Positions 11,891-26,830 of a stretch of 64,000 nt of DNA are shown here, in pieces. Within the stretch, counting starts at the first letter, position 1; each line of letters begins with the position of its first letter. The notes under the pieces are model-generated. The model saw only the letters and a program-made list of their open reading frames with translations, was not told the origin of the DNA and did no database searches. Position numbers and translations under genes: made by a program. Source of the DNA: the human T2T-CHM13v2.0 reference genome, Homo sapiens; the NCBI RefSeq assembly GCF_009914755.1, contig NC_060942.1; one strand, given 5' to 3'.

Positions 11891-13569
11891 TCAAATCTCC
11901 ATTCATTTTCCCTCTCCCTTTATCACAGTGAAAGAAAATTCTAACATGAGTTGCACCAAAGAAATGTAAGAGAGTTAAAGATTCTTCTTAAACCTAGCAT
12001 CATCAGTGACACAGCGATTTTCAAGAAATTCCAGGAAGCCTCAAGGACACTAGAATTCCTTTTTTGGAAGGATATAAGATCAGAAGATGGAAGCTTGGCT
12101 CCTCCTGACAAGATGTCAGGTTGCATGACCATCCTATGGTTTGCAGGTGGTGGAAGCTCAGCTACCAGATGGGGCTAAAACTTTTGGTTCAGATTAATCT
12201 CAATTAAACACAAAAAGAACCTTCTGATTAAACTACCTAAGAGAGCATGAGGGGCCTCACCAGGTACTAAGTTTCTTGCCATTGGTCAGGTCAAATATGA
12301 GTGAGTTAATCCCTGGTTATAGGAAGTTTCCATTTTGGATGGATGGTTAGTCTAGTACCAGGCCTTTTTTCTGCCTAGATATGTCCCTCATTCTGGTATT
12401 GTAGAGTTCTGGTATTTTTCAGGAAAACAGACCTAGCTTATTTTTTTCCTTTTCTGGACTTCTAATGAAAACAAATAAAAAGTATACTTTAGTTTTTGTG
12501 TTTTCTGATGGTGTTATGTATGTTTATTCAAAAGGACCATGCCCTATACTCATTTTGACTATTCCACAATTCTTATTCAAATGCTGAGCATACAGTGGGT
12601 GCCTAATAAGTACTTAGAAACTAGAAATGCAGACATGTTCCTATAGATTTTCCCATGCCTATCATTAATACAAACTTGGCACTATAGTCAGCATCACCTG
12701 TGGCCATACAATGTATATTATTCATGTCGTCACATGATGCCAAAAACATGACATTCAGCAAACACTAAAATACATAGGTTCTCAGATTGTGACTCAAACT
12801 TTTGACTACAGAGACTAAAATTACAAAAGTCTACGTCAACTTGACTGGTATTAATAAAAACATAATATACTTAAAAATTACAGTAAATAGTGCAAATGAA
12901 GCCTGATCAACCACTAAAACATACAGATACATTAAAAACAACCATAATTGTTGTTCAGAACATAAGACATCCTGCGGTATTCTTGGTGTCTGAATGTTTG
13001 AAAATGTTTAACATGGTTAGATCAAATATAAACCAAAATTAAGACTATAGATAACATGGAATGAAAGTGACAGAATCTGGCAAGAAGATTGTTCATTTTA
13101 AATCAGCTGGAAGTACTTGTTAAAATACTGTAATTAACCATTATGATAAAAATCTTTTTAACTTGAAGAAAAACTTATCTAACATACTATTAGAACTTAG
13201 AAATATATGAATAGATTATTTAGGAAGCTTTTTCCAGAATTATTGGTATTTTGAACTTAAAATACAGTATTTAGTCTATAAGAAATTGAAGTATGCAAGT
13301 ATCTATATTTGTACAAAACCACAAATGCAAAATATAGTAATAACTATTGAGATTTACTCTCTTCCCTGTTGCCCTTCTCTTGGCTTAATCCTACATTTTC
13401 TAAAAGGTATTTGTTGTTGTTGTCTTCACTTCTTATTTATCCAGAGAACAGCCCGATAAAATTGCTTCTGCCACCCTCCTCTTCTAACAAGTCCACTATG
13501 TAAGAAAGGCAAATAATGTGGATTTTCCATAAACAGTATGTGAAACCACAGCATCTTGAATCTTTGTTG

Positions 13570-14035
13570 ATTTAAAACTTTTGGTTCCAAGTTACAGAAA
13601 CTCAGTCTAAACTAACTGCAACCAAAAAGAAAAACTTACTGATTTACAGAAACAAAGAATTGCAGAGAGGGGACAGGAGGCTCAATGGACGCTGTGGTAA
13701 GGGACACCAACACTGCCAGGGACTTATCTGGCCCTCTTTCTGCCCCTCTATTCACCTCCACTATCTTCTACAGCAGATTAAGTTGTGCCTTCATCAGCAG
13801 AGAAGTGAAGCTTTTTTCTTTTTAACGGCCATCTTAATTAATCTCAAGAAAACTTTGTGCAGCCATTCTTGAGTCATGTGTTTACCCCTGTGGCTCGATG
13901 AGATTATTATGATTAAGATCTCCCTCTAAAAATATGAGGTTAAAAGGAAAGGAGGATGGATTCTTAGAGGAAGGTCTGTGCTGCCTCCAGGAGAACAGAA
14001 GAGCATTAAGGAGAGAACACTCTAGTTGTCCACTA
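13570..14035 (-). mobile_element. Old MLT1 LTR
   Basis: caagttacagaaactcagtctaaactaact...aaaaacttactgatttacag...cttgagtcatgtgtttacccctg...gttgtccacta. Confidence 0.55.
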
Positions 14036-14535
14036 TGACTAATAAATGTCCTTGGGGACCAAGCTTTTGGGCTCTGGCCTAATAGGGATATAAAAAAGTA
14101 ACATGATCAGAAATATCTTTTCTTGGTCTTTTAATTATGTTGCACAATGAAGTGGTGAGCAGGGACACAACTAGGAGGAGAAAGGAAAGAGTCTTGGGAT
14201 ACTGGTGTTCATAAAATCCTACGTGAAATGTACCCCCTATACATCAAACTTAGCCTGTGATTTTGTGTTATACCCATGAGGCAACAGTTGCCATTTGATC
14301 AATAACATGGCCCAGGAAAAGACGCTGTGGTCTCTGTCTTATTATGTTATTCATGGACACCAAGCAACTACAGAGATCTTCATCCTATTACTTTTAAAAA
14401 ATGTAGCTTCCATTAATTCTTATTGGGCATGTATTCAGGCTTTAATCAAAACACGAAGTTCTTATTTTCAAATATTTCAACAGTTATTTTGGTCAAAGAG
14501 TCAGCTGTAAATTCCTACATGAAAAGTAAATGAGT

Positions 14536-15154
<619 letters not shown>

Positions 15155-15357
15155 TCAGAGGCTCTCTTATATATGCCATAAATAAAATAGTGACAACAGA
15201 GAGCCTGTAGAGACACAGCTTGAATGGAAAATTATTGAAGTTTCTCCAAGCTAAAATTTATATTTGCATGCTTTGTGTAGCTACATACTTTAGCTAGACA
15301 CTTTAGCCTACTTTCTATCCAGCCATCGTGGAAAGTAAACATGTGCCTGTTTAACAC

Positions 15358-15895
<538 letters not shown>

Positions 15896-16555
15896 AAACC
15901 CAAATGTTTAATCTTTTTTGCAGATTTCATTAGCAATAATTCACAAAGCATATTCATCTTCTACAGCTCATGAAATAACTCTGTTCTTGAAAATCAGAGT
16001 ACATGTAGAGGAGAAGGGGTTTTTGTTCTGACAATATAATACTGTCCAATGCTACGTGATTGGTAGATAAGGCCTCCAAATCCCTCATAAATTGTGGGAT
16101 TTAGATGAGATAATTTTAAAGTTCACTGAAGCCATAAAGTTATTTAACCTATGTAATCTACAGAATTAGATGTGAAATAGAAATGTTGATTATGATTTTC
16201 ATCAAAAGCATATGGGCTATATAAATTGCTAGGAAAACGTGAAACAAATTAAAAAGCCATAAATAAAAGAGCTTAATCCTTGAATTAAAACAAACAAACA
16301 AAAAAGCAACCACATTCATAGCTGAATCTACCTGAAAGGCCAGGATTAGTCATATAATGATTTAACCCCTGCTTTGGTCAGCATTTTTCTATAATTTCCT
16401 TGCCAACCCAGAATGAGAATGGTGACAGGTCTGGAAAGTAGTTTTCAGTGTGCTGAGCTTGAACAAAGAACAGTTTCCAGGGTGGGTGGGGTGAACCTTA
16501 TTTTTCAGTGAGATGTCACTCCTGTCTGATTAGGACGCTGTGAATCACTGTATAT

Positions 16556-16570
16556 TTGGCACACTGCCAA
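16556..16570. promoter_or_regulatory. Perfect NFI palindromic site
   Basis: TTGGC-acact-GCCAA in non-repeat DNA; AP-1-like TGAATCA at 16541. Confidence 0.45.
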
Positions 16571-18721
16571 CTGAAACGTACCTTTGCTTTTCTCCCTTTG
16601 GTCTCTCCCTCACTTATTATCATGGGAAAAGATAAAATTCACAAGCTCTAGATCAAGAGTTTACTTCTCAAAAGAAATATCTCATTTTAGAAGCACATTC
16701 TAACATCCCAGAATCACACGTCGATTAGATTGTCTTCAATCTAAACTATTATTTGTGATAAAAGCTCTAAATTACTGTATTCCTTTCTAATTTTATTATC
16801 CTTAAACTGTACCTTAACTATGTTCACTTTTTGTACAATTGGAAAATGGTTGTATATTAAGTATTCATCAGTCATTACTGAATTTCAGGGGGCAAAATTA
16901 CAAATCATTTGTTAAACTTTCAAAATTATCTTTGTCTATAATCTCTCTTGTACCCTGAAAGACCACAGTAATACCATACTTTCTTTCCTCTCCTACTTAA
17001 TGTTATTATACAGCTATTGAAACCACAATGGAGAATAAAAGAAGAGAAATAGCCATGTGTTTCATTTAAGATGAATAATTTCATCTAAGTAATTTCTACA
17101 AGACATTGCTTTGTTGTCTTTAAATTTCATTTACTTGAATGGGAATCAAAGGCATCTCCTTGTGAGTTATTCAGCACAAATCAGATTCCTTATTGGAAAT
17201 TAAGCTTTGGACCTTGGCAATAGAACTACCTTCAATAAGACAGTAACATTGAAAATGTTTTTTCCCACCCACTGATTCTGCTTTACAGATCTAACATTTC
17301 CTCTCCCGATGTCGGAATAGCTCTGATATCACCCCCTCCTCCTTTCCTGTCTTGAGTCTTTGTTCTTCAAGTCCAGTGTCAATGATCATTTTATCAATGA
17401 TCAGCTTCATTTCAAAGCTTGCAATGAGGTGACAATGCCAGGGCTTCCACGTCAGAGAAATAGGCCACCTTTGTCACCTGGCAAAAAACATTCTATTGGC
17501 ACCTTCAAACCCATCTTTAGATATCAAGCTAGTAGTTTGGTGAAAATAAAAGTGCACCTTTACTAAATGTACCTCGAATGGCAAGGCCCTTCCAAAACCA
17601 AAACATTTAGACCAGGGGAGAGCTAAAATGTCTGACAGTTGTGTAAAGTGCAAGATTTAGGTGTGTGATGAATAATGATGTGAAAGGATGCATGTTGCAT
17701 TTCTAGCCTGCAAACAATGACCATTTTTTGAAGAGTCAAGCAGCAAGCAGGGTGTCACCACAGCCTCCAGGTCTCTCCCAAGTGTCCTGCTGGTGATGGT
17801 TTCTGTGCGCCTGTCTGTAAAATTCTCCACCCTCGTACCCAAGCCCATAGCTCCTCCTTGTTGAGACTTGTCCCATTAGTCTTCTGAGGCTAGAACAAAC
17901 CCAGGCGAAAGTCTTGATTGCTGGCTGAGATAATCAGGAATAAGTTGATTCTATTTAGCAACTTCTCAGCTGTGCGGTGGAGGTGGTTTCAACATTATAA
18001 TCGAGGAAGTCCATAATGCCTTCCTAGAGATTGGTATCCAAATCAAAAACCTTCATGTTTACCTTGGTGCTACTAGCTTTGTCTTGAAAGTTTAAACCCT
18101 GCCAACTTAAGGAAATCTCTTATCATGTAAGTTTGACAGCTCTGTTTACTTTAGCCCTGACCTATAGTTTAATAGTGAAAAGTTTGGAGGAAACAAACCT
18201 CATAGGAGAATGCTTGACATTATTAAAATGCAAAGTACACAAAAGAGAAGCTACTGTGAAAGCTGTCTCCATTTGTGACTCACTCCTTGAAGAAATTTCT
18301 GGCCTTTATGCCATGTGTGCTCTGTGTGTTAGAAGTAAGCATCCTGTTAAAGGAGTACACAATAGATCCCTTCTTTTTTTTTAAGCTGAAGATGAAAATT
18401 TAAAAGAAAATGAAGTCTTTGTATCACTTCAACTTCAGTGAGTTTTGTTGTTGTTTTTTATTTTAAATTTGCAGAGTCGCTCTAGCTTATAAATATCATG
18501 GTAATTAATTTTACTTTACCTGAGCTGTCTTCATTCAGGTAGTTACTATAACATATTTTGAAAACTTAAATGAAGAAAGATTTGCAGCCCTGGGACAGGG
18601 GAAACAGAAAGCAATGGCTCAGCTTCTCCCGGGTGGAAAGGCAAAGTCAATGGAACCGGGAGTCAATACACATTCTCTTGTTTTTTTTTTTTTTCTTTTT
18701 GAAGACAATTGAGGAAATTTA

Positions 18722-20485
<1,764 letters not shown>

Positions 20486-21421
20486 CTCATTCTTTTACTA
20501 GCATAAGATGCAAACCATTTTGGAATCTGAAAATGTGGTTTAGAAAGGCGTGGCATAATTTAGTTTGAAAATGAATAGCAAACTTGCCCAGTCTTTTCAC
20601 CTTATTCACGGCAACACTAAACATTGAACTACAAAATATTACCTTCCTTAAAAATGGAATTAGACTACACTTATTTATAATTTTCAACTTTGCACATTCC
20701 AGAATAAACTGAGTTTTGTTGATGCCACAGGACAGAGGGGAAGTGTCGTCTTTGTGCTTGTGTGCCTTAATTATGTGTTCAAACATAAAACAAAATTTCT
20801 TTCAATAGATCTAACTAAACTCAAATGAGATTATATATAAAGTTCAGTTGAGAGGGATGGAAAGATAGGCGTACTGTTACCTTTAAATTCCCTAAAGAGC
20901 ATCAAAACATAGCAAAAGATTCTTGATAGCCATGTAATCTTGAATTAATAGCTATACATCTTAGTCATAGAATTAAGATTGTCAGAGCATGAACAATTAA
21001 AAGAAAGGCCAGATAGTTTAAGTAAGGTTAGATAAAATTTATTTTTGCTTGATTTTAGTTTTTCAAAAAGTAATCAAAAGTGAAAGAAAACAAAAAGATA
21101 ATACAAAATACTACAGTTGTACACATTGTATTAACCTTTCTACTCCAAGTGAAAATGTGCATAGAAACTATAAAGATAGCAAACATATTTACATATATTT
21201 TACAGATTCTAAAGTGCTGATAACCAGCTAATGATTCTGAATCATGGGCTCAGATGTTTTAGAGTTACATGTTATATAGTTTAGTTTATTGCACATGTAA
21301 ATGTACATTATTTCTTTATTTCTTCAATAAAATATTGTTTTAATGCAATTATATTAAATCATTAATAATGGATAGATAAAATATTGATCAAGCTTTATAT
21401 TAAAAATGTCTGATTTGGGGG

Positions 21422-21740
21422 GTGCATTTACTATGTGCTCAATACTCAGTTAAGAAATTTACATACATTATGATATTTCATCCTCAGAAGAATCCAATGA
21501 GTTAGTTAATACCTATTTAATATAATGAGGAACATGAAATAAAAAGGTTGGTGAAGAAACTGGCTCATGAGATCACGCCATTGCACTCCAGCCTGGGCAA
21601 CAAGAGCAAAACAACTCTATCTCAAAAAAAAAAAAAAAAAAAAAAAGCTGGCTCAATTTACACAGTTAGTAGAACATGGAGCTAGAATTCAAACTCATAT
21701 ATTTTGCTCCCAGAAATACTCTGTTCTGATTAATGTTGCT
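21422..21740 (-). mobile_element. MIR interrupted by a short Alu fragment
   Basis: tttactatgtgctc...tcatcctcagaag...atgaggaacatga | cacagttagtag...gaattcaaactc. Confidence 0.7.
21568..21646 (+). mobile_element. Severely 5'-truncated Alu (last ~55 nt plus poly-A)
   Basis: gagatcacgccattgcactccagcctgggcaacaagagc...ctcA(n); TSD ctggctca at 21560-21567 and 21648-21655. Confidence 0.92.
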
Positions 21741-21912
21741 TATATTGCTAAAAGTTATTTGAATGGGGCAGACATAGTCTGTTGTGTGGAATCGTCAGCT
21801 GAGGCTCAAGAGCCTGGGCTCAGTTGATACGAAGGCAATTTCTGTACCATATCCTCAGTGTGTTACAAAGAGCATGAGTGCTTAGGCCATTGGTGAAACG
21901 GTCTAGGGTCAA

Positions 21913-22489
21913 TGAAGCAGTCTTATTGTCTGAGGTGTTATCTGAGCTCTTGGTCTCACAACCAAGGAAATTAAAAAGCAAGGACACCAAGGATGAGGTT
22001 GGAGCAAAAGTTTAATAAGCAACAGAAGAAAGCTCTCCACAGCAGAGAGGGGTCCCAAGAGGGTTTCCATTTTTACAGTTGAATGCAAAAGTTTGTATAA
22101 GAAACTTTCTTTATCTGTATAGCTGTGTAACTTCCCCTGTCTATATAGCTGCTTGTGTAACTGCCCTTTTCTGTGCAGCTGCGGGCGTGTCTTACGCAAG
22201 CACAGGGAGTAACACTTCTGTTGTCTGAGCAACTGTAGGCATGTTTTAGGCAAGCCCCCCGCCCCATGTAAGTTCCCAGGGAGCCCACCATGTACAGGTC
22301 CATGAAAGGAAAAGAAACTTTTTCCTAGGCGCCCGCTGATTACACAAAGAATAAAGGTGTTTCTATGTTGAGCTTTGCTCCCTTATCTGTGCAGCTGCAG
22401 CTTGATTTTCCAGGCTGTTTCTCTGTTTAAATCCTCTGCTGAGGACTTGCCTTAACTGTTTTTTTTTTTTCTTCCTTTCTCTTCTTTCA
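21913..22489 (-). mobile_element. ERV1 MER4-group solo LTR (MER61/MER83-like)
   Basis: TG...CA termini; ttgtctgaggtgttatctgagctcttggtctcac, agtttaataagc (antisense ATTAAA), ccttatctgtgcagctgcagcttgattttc. Confidence 0.8.
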
Positions 22490-22723
22490 TAAGGATGGCC
22501 TCAAACTCACTCGGTGGTCTTGAGCAAGCTGCTTACCTGCTCTGCATTTTGATGTTTTTTTCTATAACGCGGAAAATAAGCAGAGCACCCTGTGCGGGGT
22601 TGCTGAAAGGATAAAATGAGTATGCAAACACCTTGGACAGAATCACTCTATCGAACATGCTTATATTCCTCCTTTCTGATGCACTGAACACCTCTGGTTG
22701 CTGAGTTGTAAGACAGAAATGAG

Positions 22724-22820
22724 ACTAAATACCTGCTTAACTTAACTAAATACCTGCTTAACTTAACTAAATACCTGCTTAACTTAACTAAATACCTGCT
22801 TAACTAAATACCTGCTTAAC
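22724..22820 (+). repeat. Minisatellite, 21-bp unit actaaatacctgcttaactta (3 full and 2 shortened copies)
   Basis: Units start at 22724, 22745, 22766, 22787 and 22803; no substitutions. Confidence 0.98.
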
Positions 22821-23223
22821 AAACCTCAGATATTGCAAGAACTTAATATTTCAGAAACATTCACTTAGAAATATGCTTTTATGAAGTAAAATTATTTACA
22901 AATAACTAAAATTATGAGTACCTTGGGGAAAAGTGTATTTCATAACCAGAAAAATCACTTCCCCTAAGTTTATCTGCCTCATATTTTACCAGTTTCATGA
23001 TGTCGTAAAAATTATTTCTACATGTAAGCATACATAGATTAAATATGATATTCTATTTATTATATTTAGAAAATGATCGTATTCTCTTTCTCTTTGTTAA
23101 AGGCCAACTCATTCCCTTCACTTCCCACATTTTTTTTAAACAGAAGTTTCCAATCAAGCCATTTATTTCTAGAATGTTACCGGCATCACCTATAAACAGG
23201 AGCCATCTACTGTCATGTTTAAT

Positions 23224-23280
23224 ATTGCTTGTGTTTCATAAATTGCTTGTATTTCATTACTGCTTGTATTTCATAAATTG
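23224..23280 (+). repeat. 17-18-bp tandem repeat, ~3 copies
   Basis: attgcttgtgtttcataa / attgcttgtatttcatt / actgcttgtatttcataa. Confidence 0.85.
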
Positions 23281-23464
23281 GTGCAAATACTCAGAACTTG
23301 CAAAAATAATTACCATTCAAAACCAAGAAATAAAGAAATAATGATATGCTTGTTTGTAGTATTATGACTAAATACAAATTTACTGGAAAGCTCTGCTCAT
23401 AAACTCCATTTTCTTTCTGAGAAGCTGGCTTCACAAATTGGAAAATAATACTTTTATGCATATA

Positions 23465-24050
23465 TTTTCTCATTCAACAAATATTTGTAGAAAGCCTGCC
23501 CTGCTGTGTGCCAGGCACTGTGTTAGGCCTGATACAATGATAAACAGGAGAGGGGATACAATAACGAATAGGAGAGTTGTGACCTCTGCCCTCAGGAACA
23601 GGGCACTTGTGGTGCAGACAGATAAGTAAACACACTGCCATGTGTGAGGAGCGCCAGGGCAGGGAAAGGGGAATGTGCCCTGGGAGCACACACCAGGAAC
23701 CCCAGACCCACACTTCATGGTTGCAGGTAGGGAAGGTTCGCTGGTGGGAATGACCTTTAAGCTATTCTCTGAAGGATAAGGATTACCAAGTAAAGGGGGA
23801 GATTGGAGTGGCGGAAAGGATAGAGAGTGTTTCCAAAAGAGGAAACAGCATCCATGAAGGTATACAGGAGAGAGACAATGGTATATTTAAGAAACTGAGA
23901 GAAGGTTCATTTGGCATGAAGCCAGCATGGAGTTCAAGGTGGAGAGTACCAGGAGATAAGAATAAAGAACTAAAGAAGATCCAGCTTGTACAGAGTTATG
24001 CTAGTAGTACTTAAAAATTGGGCTTTTATCTAAGGACAATGAGTTCCAAC
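23465..24050 (-). mobile_element. L2 3' end
   Basis: cattcaacaaatatttg...tgtgccaggcactgtgttagg...ctgccctcagg...gtttccaaaagaggaaacagc. Confidence 0.85.
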
Positions 24051-24435
24051 AAGAATAGTAACATAACAGGTTAGGGAGGTTCATTTAGAAACCACTGACA
24101 TCCACTAGAATATGCAGAGGCTTCCTAACACTGTCTGGCATTCTTCTCTGCTGGAACTCTTTGTTAGAATACATGGACATGGTCACTGCAGCCATGTAAC
24201 AGGTTAAAATGAAAAGCACCTTTGTCGACGTCTCTTTTTCCAAACAAATATTGACTTCAGCAAAAGAGGTTTCATCACCTTCTGCCCACCTGTGTCTTCT
24301 CCCACTATTGCACATCTTTGGCCACATCTATTATCTACCTGTCTCCGGAGACACTCTCCTCTCTGCAAGGGAAACAGGGGAATTGTCCTGGAAGGTCAGT
24401 GCTATAGGGTTAAGAGGAACTATAAAACATGTCTC

Positions 24436-24572
24436 ACCAGGTACAATGGCACGTGCCTGTAATCACAGCTGCTCAGAAGTCTGAGGCTGGAGAATGGCTC
24501 GAGCCCAGGAGTTCAAGACCAGCCTAGACAACATAGTGACACCCTATCTAAAAACAAACAAATAAATAAATA
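24436..24572 (+). mobile_element. FLAM (free left Alu monomer, FLAM_A-like)
   Basis: Monomer tggcacgtgcctgtaatcacagctgctc...gagcccaggagttcaagaccagcc...ctatct plus A-rich tail. Confidence 0.85.
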
Positions 24573-24774
24573 TTAAAATACATTTTAAAAAATTACTCTA
24601 ATATTCAAAAAAAGTTTCTCAAGCCAAAAGGAAAGCCTTCAATCCAGCCTCCATCACACCATTTCATAAAGGTAGAATACGTGGTGCTTTTTACACATTG
24701 CTTTATAAAATAAAGCAGTAGACTGAAGAAATGCTGAATGGTGGCCTTGATTACTACCTCATTGTGCCTTTGCA

Positions 24775-24905
24775 CAAGTGGAAAGGCTGGGCTTGGAAGT
24801 CAAAAGACTTTAATGTTAGTTCTGCTAGCTATAAACTGTATGATCCCAGCAAATAACATAACCACTGTTGCCTCATTTCCTCTGTCTGTGAAACTGGAAT
24901 TATAC
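24775..24905 (+). mobile_element. MIR fragment
   Basis: cttggaagtcaaaagac...ctgtatgatccc...cctcatttcctctgtctgtgaaactgg. Confidence 0.55.
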
Positions 24906-24999
24906 TTCCGCCTCTATGACTTTGAAAAGATATGGGAGGTAACTGCACAAGAGAAAGCACCTCACGTAAAACCTAAAAAGCAATAACAGCTGTCCTGTA

Positions 25000-25200
25000 G
25001 GAAGTATCTACTGTGTGCTGGCTATGTTACGTATTTCGTTTAATCCTTATAACACCCCCTTTGATAGGTATTACTTTTCACTTCCTACAGGTGAGGAAAA
25101 TAAGGCCTAAATAGGTTAAGTAACTTCCCTGAAGCCCCACAGCTTTGCCACTTAGCCAAGATTTGAACCCAGTTCTAGCTCAGACCAACGCCATGCAAGC
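25000..25200 (-). mobile_element. MIR
   Basis: tttaatccttataacacc...acaggtgaggaaaataaggc...ggttaagtaacttccc...gatttgaacccag. Confidence 0.85.
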
Positions 25201-26249
25201 TTTTTGCTCTAATGCCTTTTCCCCCTTCCTTTCTCTTTTTGGCACACCAACTACAGACTGCAATAGGTTTTAATTTAAAATGCCTAATAAAAACATACTT
25301 TTATCAGAAAAAGCTACATACTTATATATGTATCATGCACATGATTACATGAGCAACACATATTCGCAATATAATTAATTCAAGTAATAATTCTGTCCCA
25401 CCCTGATATTATGTATGTCCCATTTCCGATACCATCTTCTGTGTTCCAGAGATGAGCAACCTTGCTTGTGCTTGCTCAAGCGAAACACAGTCAACTGCTC
25501 CGGTGTCACTCGCTCCTCAAGTGGCCTGAAGCCGTCCAGCGGTCTCGGTGAGTAATGCAGTGACTAAAGCCCACACAAAAAGGAAGCAGTGCCCTTTTAA
25601 TAGAGCCACAATATAAAGAAAACACTCAAGCCAGTTCCAGCTACTGTGAATGATTTATTGGGTGAGCCCTGCCCGACTAGGCCCAGCAATTTCCCATTTG
25701 TTGCGTCCCAATCCTGCCCCTCCCACATCTCCACCCTCCTGCTGCGGGCCCTTCCCAGGCACCTCCCTCTTTTTATGGTGACTGCAACTCTGCAGCTAAC
25801 AGCTCACACACCACACCCTGACTCCTGCACTGGCTCAGGCTCCCTGGGATCTCTCTGCCCAACCCTCAATCCCCTCCTTCTACCTGCATGAAGCCTCTCA
25901 TTAACGTGCCTTCCTTGACTCCTCTACAGACACCTCCCACTTAGATTCCTCAGCCTGTCTTCTTTCATCTCCTTTTTCATTTTATAAATTCTTTCCTAAT
26001 TACCTCAAATCACAAGCATGTCAGATTAATTGAGTAAACCTCTTGAAAGTCTGTCCTCATAGACAGAGCACTCTGATGACAATCTTCCTCGAAGGGACAG
26101 CTAGACACTCGGTTAGGTCAGCTCCTTAGGTCTTGCGGCAATGCCTCATGTAAATGCTGCACGATGTCCATTCGAGTGCAGACAATTGCCAATTACTGGT
26201 TAATAATTAGCATGGCACTCATTTCTTTATGGTAGTCATAATAATCGCA

Positions 26250-26480
26250 ATAATAATAATAACTTCCATTTATTGGTCTAGAAATCACTGTGTGGCAGGT
26301 GCTTTTCATGCAGTAGCTTACTCAATCCCATAAGAACCCTTTGAAGGTAGGCATTTTTAGAGTAAACAGATGTACAGATTAAGGCAAAAAGAAATTCAGA
26401 CGCTTTTTTGTTACATGGAATTAAGTACCAGAGACAGATTTCAAACTCAGTCTCTCTAAACACAAAGCCTGTCCATGCTT
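26250..26480 (-). mobile_element. MIR
   Basis: ccatttattg...actcaatcccataagaaccctttgaaggtagg...gatttcaaactcagtctctct. Confidence 0.7.
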
Positions 26481-26599
26481 CCTGACAGCTCCAACCACAT
26501 CCACTCTTCCCTCCATTGTTACTGACACTTCCATTCATGGTTTCTCCTTATTCATCACTCTCCTTAAAGAATTCTTTGCTAGAATTCTATAGATTCTGT

Positions 26600-26830
26600 T
26601 TATATAACACTTTTTCTGTCTATTTTCTTCCCTTCCCACTGCAACCACCCTGGTTAAGGTCTTCATTACCTTCCTCCTAAACCATCCAGCAACCATCTGA
26701 CCAGTCATACTGTCTTGTTTCTCCCTCTAAATCCAGTCTTCACAGGGCTTCATATTTTCTCCTACTTAAAAAAAAAAAAGTAATACGTTTCCACTGCCAA
26801 TTAACTCAGGGAAACTTCTCATTCTAGCAT
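26600..26830 (+). mobile_element. L2 fragment
   Basis: cccactgcaaccaccctggttaaggtcttcattacc...aaatccagtcttcaca. Confidence 0.5.

Noticed and set aside
12160-12178. CTCF-like ctaccagatggggct
   Set aside because: Mismatches at core positions; cannot be supported without PWM or ChIP data.
22724-22820. CRISPR-like array
   Set aside because: Head-to-tail repeats without unique spacers, no cas genes, and a primate context.
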